Part shown: piece by piece, positions 61,555 to 64,000 of the stretch
Numbering within the stretch: position 1 is the first letter of the stretch
Layout of the letters: each line of letters starts with the position of its first letter
Source: Clostridia bacterium
GTDB lineage: Bacteria; Bacillota; Clostridia; Oscillospirales; CAG-272
Reading direction: 5' to 3'
Assembly (NCBI GenBank): GCA_017412675.1
Contig: JAFPWV010000061.1
Span: 4,197-68,196, forward strand
DNA: 64,000 bases
Made by a program: the position numbers and the translations under genes
Notes under the pieces: model-generated
Seen by the model: the letters and a program-made list of their open reading frames with translations, nothing else
Databases searched by the model: none
What the model was told of the DNA's origin: nothing

Positions 61555-63726
61555 TCATCCGACCGCGTGTTCTTCAAGCCAGGCCTCGAGGTCGTAATTC
61601 TCGCGGAAATAGTCGAGCGTATAGTCCGGGTTGAGGGTCTCCTCCCAGACGCAGACCGTCTCGTCCCCGATCGAGGAGAAAGCCTCCCGGAGACAGGCCG
61701 CGAGATACGCCGCCTTGCGCTGTATCGGTTCCCCGGCGAAGTACCCTGGCAGATCGTATTTCCACGCGGTGGCGAGGTTCTCGAAGATCCGGGCCATGTC
61801 CTCGGTCGGGTAGGTCATCGAATACCCGTCGACGAAGTAGATGCCGTCGGGATCGCTGCCCTCTTCCCAGTACTGCCCGTTGAGCCCGTTGTCATCCCAG
61901 TTGTAGGTATTCCCGTCCTCGTCCGTGTAGACGTAGCGGTATTCAAAATCGTCGGGGTTGAACATGCTCCAGCGGCTGAACTCTTCGAGATCGCGCTCCC
62001 AGCCGATATGGTACACCGTGTTCTCGAAGACGTGCATGAACTCGTGCGCGACGGTCTTGTCGATCCCGCTCTGGTTGATGTCGAAGACGGCCAGCTCGAT
62101 CCCGTTCGTCTCCGTCGTGAACGCGGTCGCGTCGCTGATGGAATTGCGGTTGTCGCGCTCGGGGATGATCCGCCCGGTCAGGCAGATGTCGAGGCTCGAA
62201 TAATACGACACGACCTCCTTCATGAAGCCCTCCGGGAGATGGGCGAAGAACGCCCCGAGCTCCTCGAGCGCGCGGTGGATCAGGCTCTCGTCCGTCTCCG
62301 GCAGGACCGCGTATCCGACCATGTACCGCACGGCATCGGTCCCCGTGTAGACCGTGACGCCGTATTCCTCGTACAGCGCCTCGATCAGGGCCTGATTCTC
62401 CTGTTCGCCGCCGTCGCGTTCGAGCAGATCGAAGCCGATCCGCCCGTCGCCCTCTTCATCCGCCTCCCAGCGGCAGAAGGACGACACCCCTTCTCTCTCG
62501 TAGAAGAAATACGCGTCGCCGTTCCAGTCCCGGACACCGTACACATAAGCGTAGCTGTCCTCCGGCACGGGCAGGCTGACCGCATCGACGCGCAGTCCGC
62601 TGTCCGGGTCGAACCGGAAGATGGAGATGTGATCCTCGGTGTCGTTCAGGAAATAGAGGTGGGACGAATCGGGATCCGGCCAGCTGAGGTAGCAGGCTTC
62701 CGGCACCGCGATCGAGAGGCAGGCTTCCGGCCGCGCGGGATCGTAGAGACGGACCTCCGCCTTCGTGTAATCGCTCTCGATCAGATAACCGCCGCAGACG
62801 CTCAGGTTGTAGCCGGGCCCGTTGAACAGCGTGACGCTTCCGTCCGTGAGGGAGTAGACCCCGCAGCAGGAGTCGTAGGTCTCGCTCGAATAGCAGGACA
62901 CGAGCAGGAGATCGTCGCTGAGCGCCGCGGAGATATCGATCTCGTCACAGCGGTCGGGCAGCGAAACGGGGAGCGCGTGGAACGAAAACGTGCCGTCCTC
63001 GGCGAGCACCGCGTCCCGGAAGCCGGTCAGACCGCCCGAGAAGGCGAGCCGGTCCGGAGCAAGGAGGGTCGCGCCGTAGATCGAGTCGTCCGGCAGGGGG
63101 GTGAGCGTCCCGGTACAGAGCGTCTCGTCGAGCGCGCAGAGTGCATGACGGCCGCAGTCGAAGATCACGGGGCGCCCGTCCATCAGAAAGAGCAAAAACC
63201 CGTATCCGTAGTAATCCTCCTCGTCGCCGTACTCGAAATCATACCGCCCCACGGTGACGGTGCGGGTCTCCAGATCGACGAGCGCGAGGTCCGCGCAGAG
63301 GGGATCCTCCCAGGTGCTGCCGACGAGGACATACCCGTTTTCGATGTTCGACACAGTCTCCGGCATGAACGGGAGGCAGATCGCCCGGACATCCTCGGTC
63401 AGCGGGGTATAGAATTCCTCCTCGGCATACACCCGGACGTTGTCGGGCAGCGCGGGCTCCGGCGGCTCCGTCTCAGGCGCTTCCGTTTCTGGGATCTCGG
63501 TCTCGGGGATCTCGGTCTCCGGCGGCTCCGTCTCAGGCGCTTCCGTTTCTGGGATCTCGGTCTCGGGGATCTCGGTCTCCGGGGTCTCGGTCTCGGACGC
63601 TTCCGTCTCCGGCCGCTCTGGGACCGTCACCGGTTCGATCCTCCGGATATGGGGGATGCCGCAGCCCGTCACCGCGGTGAGCAGCGCAAGCAGGACGGCG
63701 GCCCGTCCGATGTGCCGTTTCATCAT
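61555..63726 (-). CDS. large lipoprotein with PETE-repeat linker and a C-terminal HExxH (putative zinc metallopeptidase) domain
   Basis: Start MMKRHIGR follows GGAGGAAC. Lipobox AVTGC. Contains (PETEx)n, a Cys-rich central region and VAHEFMHVFEN. Confidence 0.65.
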   Translation of the reverse strand: MMKRHIGRAAVLLALLTAVTGCGIPHIRRIEPVTVPERPETEASETETPETEIPETEIPETEAPETEPPETEIPETEIPETEAPETEPPEPALPDNVRVYAEEEFYTPLTEDVRAICLPFMPETVSNIENGYVLVGSTWEDPLCADLALVDLETRTVTVGRYDFEYGDEEDYYGYGFLLFLMDGRPVIFDCGRHALCALDETLCTGTLTPLPDDSIYGATLLAPDRLAFSGGLTGFRDAVLAEDGTFSFHALPVSLPDRCDEIDISAALSDDLLLVSCYSSETYDSCCGVYSLTDGSVTLFNGPGYNLSVCGGYLIESDYTKAEVRLYDPARPEACLSIAVPEACYLSWPDPDSSHLYFLNDTEDHISIFRFDPDSGLRVDAVSLPVPEDSYAYVYGVRDWNGDAYFFYEREGVSSFCRWEADEEGDGRIGFDLLERDGGEQENQALIEALYEEYGVTVYTGTDAVRYMVGYAVLPETDESLIHRALEELGAFFAHLPEGFMKEVVSYYSSLDICLTGRIIPERDNRNSISDATAFTTETNGIELAVFDINQSGIDKTVAHEFMHVFENTVYHIGWERDLEEFSRWSMFNPDDFEYRYVYTDEDGNTYNWDDNGLNGQYWEEGSDPDGIYFVDGYSMTYPTEDMARIFENLATAWKYDLPGYFAGEPIQRKAAYLAACLREAFSSIGDETVCVWEETLNPDYTLDYFRENYDLEAWLEEHAVG
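63457..63576. repeat. perfect 60-bp tandem duplication inside the lipoprotein gene
   Basis: 63457-63516 and 63517-63576 are identical by eye. Each encodes PETEIPETEIPETEAPETEP and is built from 12-bp subrepeats. Confidence 0.85.
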
Positions 63727-63855
63727 CGTTCCTCCGTTTTTTCTCATCTTGTTGCTTCTATCATACCACATCCCGGCGGTTTTTCCATCGCTAATCTTAG
63801 CATAAAACGCCGGATCCGCCGCGGCAAAAGGAAAAACAGGGCTGGAACCCTGTTC

Positions 63856-64000
63856 TCAATGAAGGAAAAACCACGCGAGGGCGATGATGCCCGCGAGCAC
63901 GAGAAAGATCGGCCCGAAAACGAGCAGCGCGGAGAGGATCATCGCCGAGACGTCCCCTTTTTCGAGCGGGACATTCTCTTCCCGGTGGAATTCCCGTGCC
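63856..64000 (-). CDS. C-terminal end of a membrane protein (gene continues beyond the window)
   Basis: The minus-strand frame is open to the window edge and ends ...MILSALLVFGPIFLVLAGIIALAWFFLH*. It is not in the ORF track because no start codon lies inside the window. Confidence 0.35.
   Translation of the reverse strand, partial: AREFHREENVPLEKGDVSAMILSALLVFGPIFLVLAGIIALAWFFLH

Noticed and set aside
63440-63805. 121-aa plus-strand ORF with an (SGxSV)n repeat.
   Set aside because: It is the antisense reading of the PETE-repeat linker of the lipoprotein gene, so the repeat periodicity is inherited from that gene. There is no independent start context.

Overview
This is a GC-rich chromosomal segment with strong G/C preference at codon position 3. 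It reads like a Gram-positive anaerobe of Clostridia type; that taxonomic guess is inferred from GGAGG ribosome-binding sites, lipobox lipoproteins and the ylxM-ffh-rpsP, trmK-nif3 and walRK/yycHI-like gene contexts. I can support about 57 protein genes and one tRNA-Tyr(GUA). I found no rRNA, CRISPR array, transposase, integrase or phage genes.

Housekeeping anchors:
- ylxM-ffh-rpsP-KH protein
- pgk-tpiA
- murA
- trmK-nif3
- a WalRK-like two-component operon with YycH/YycI-like accessory genes

Accessory content:
- Carbohydrate genes: two GH43, one GH31-like, one clan GH-A hydrolase, two paralogous orphan solute-binding lipoproteins and two Gfo/Idh/MocA oxidoreductases.
- Peptidases: M24B, M48, M16 and an M15B/VanY lipoprotein.
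- Transporters: SSF symporter, EamA, MFS, ECF S component, an ABC pair and tandem CNNM/CorC genes.
- Two PflA-like radical SAM activases with no glycyl radical enzyme anywhere in the window.

Most transcription units begin with near-consensus TTGACA-17-TATAAT promoters and end in clear hairpin/T-run terminators.

The most unusual content is non-coding or borderline:
1. Two tandem ~140-bp structured units follow tRNA-Tyr, and each ends with a copy of the tRNA 3' end. This resembles the E. coli tyrT/rtT arrangement.
2. A dispersed ~60-nt imperfect-hairpin repeat family shows compensatory changes. It is often combined with arrays of an AT-rich GAATTCT heptamer.
3. A second palindromic element family (ATTSC-GAGGA-stem-GACGTG-GSAAT) flanks the ECF S-component gene.
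4. A ~225-nt leader with an internal intrinsic terminator lies ahead of the Na+/solute symporter.
5. A Cys-rich, membrane-anchored, very acidic protein is translationally coupled to a small radical SAM enzyme.

All functional calls come from reading the translations and from motif memory. No database search was run.
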